Assembly (NCBI GenBank): GCA_964016885.1
Contig: OZ024751.1
Location: 7,998,001-8,062,000 of the forward strand
Source of the DNA: Eledone cirrhosa
Lineage: Eukaryota
Direction of reading: 5' to 3'
Length of the DNA stretch: 64,000 nt
In this document: piece by piece, positions 62,940 to 64,000 of the stretch
How positions within the stretch are numbered: position 1 is the stretch's first letter
How the letters are laid out: each line of letters opens with the position of its first letter
Translations under genes and position numbers: made by a program
Notes under the pieces: generated by a model
The model's database searches: none
What the model was told of the DNA's origin: nothing
The model's input: the letters and a program-made list of their open reading frames with translations, nothing else

Positions 62940-63135
62940 ATGCTACCTAACTGCCGGCCGCTTTTCTGCAGCCACAACCTGGAGCAGTCTGCGACTAACC
63001 CAGGTTCTACTGCACGTCGGCCTGAGGAGGACAAACTCCTCAAATACCGGTCACTCTCCGACATGTTTGCGGTTGTATCCCTAGCAGTGGAGACTTCTGG
63101 TGTCCTCGGCTTTATGGCTACCTCCCTACTCACCC
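62940..63135 (+). mobile_element. CRE-like RLE-domain fragment, preceded by a SINE A fragment (62830-62905, minus)
   Basis: SATNPGSTARRPEEDKLLKYRSLSDMFAVVSLAVETSGVLG matches the E..K..KY...AVET.G motif. Confidence 0.65.
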
Positions 63136-63249
63136 CCCAGCGCCTGCTCTATCCTGTCCGCCGGGGCTCGGGTGGGGTGGGGGGTCATCGCGTAACATTC
63201 CATATTTAAGTAAGTAAAAGTAAATATGTATGGATAAATGATAGTATAT

Positions 63250-63413
63250 CTCAGATCACATTTACAGTAATCTATATTTACTATCATATGTTCGTGGTAA
63301 AGGCTTTACCTCACATAACATCAAATCTATGAACTTTTGACATTATTTATTTTTAGTAAATATGTGTGTTTACACTCTTTACAAGTTATCCCCTCTGATT
63401 GTTTGATGTGTTC

Positions 63414-63451
<38 letters not shown>

Positions 63452-63990
63452 TGTGTGTGTGTGTGTGTGTGTGTGTTTATCGATTTTAAGTGAATGCTAA
63501 TAAATGCTCGGATTTATCCCTTAGAATCTTTGAGCTTATTCTACATGTGGTATCGCATGTTTCTCAGACATGACATCTTTAATTTAATTTTGGTTATATG
63601 TACTGCTCCTAGATAGTACAGATTTTTTGTTGAAATGATTCGGCTGCTATTTCTAGCAGTCGATAATCCTATTCACGTCACTGGATTGACGGCGGGGCGA
63701 TGTGTACTTAAAAAACCCACATGAGTTTCGTCATTTCAAGCTTTACTTTTAGTCTGTAATCACAGATAGTTAAATCTCCTCCATTGCCGATGATCCAGGA
63801 TTTGACATCTGTCATTTGCCGATTAATGGTGAAATATATTTCTTTAATGAAATATATACAAAGGAGATTAATCATTATATTCGAGGTTATCGTTAAATTA
63901 TAATATATTACCTAAGTAACGATGTGTGTCTACACTCTTTACAAATTATCCCCAGTGATTCTTTATGTGTTTATTATATATCAATATCAG
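63250..63990 (+). mobile_element. Diverged second locus of the ~541-bp hammerhead tandem family (hammerhead 63779-63866; inverted piece at 62737-62818)
   Basis: Same block order as the minus strand of 39593-40290. TACACTCTTTACAA.TTATCCCC occurs twice (63371, 63931). CTCCATTG-CCGATGA...GAAA-TATA-TA-CAAAGGAG. Confidence 0.75.
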
Positions 63991-64000
63991 TACAGGGTCG

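Overview
AT-rich, microsatellite-dense animal non-coding DNA; the SINE, LINE and (TA)n profile suggests a cephalopod such as octopus (inference). I could not support any host gene. Recognisable transposon relics are a disrupted Tx1/L1-clade LINE with two extra 3' ends stacked in (TATC)n (1-4354), two Helitron-like remnants (one with a 23-aa STPR-like repeat), a 5'-truncated Penelope-like element (RT + GIY-YIG, 15815-17533), a near full-length RTE LINE with three C-terminal C2H2 fingers (33311-37551), CRE-like, RTE and mariner fragments, and two tRNA-derived SINE families. The dominant hidden structure is more than 20 type I hammerhead-ribozyme-like motifs from about 10 or more unrelated families. 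Nearly all lie in short elements inserted in (TA)n, many of them fold-back (inverted-repeat) elements. They include U3-A8 and U4C core variants, branched stem II forms, a 9-copy family that repeatedly folds back inside its own ribozyme, and a ~541-bp tandem ORF-less retrozyme-like unit. All structures were paired by eye; nothing was computed or searched.
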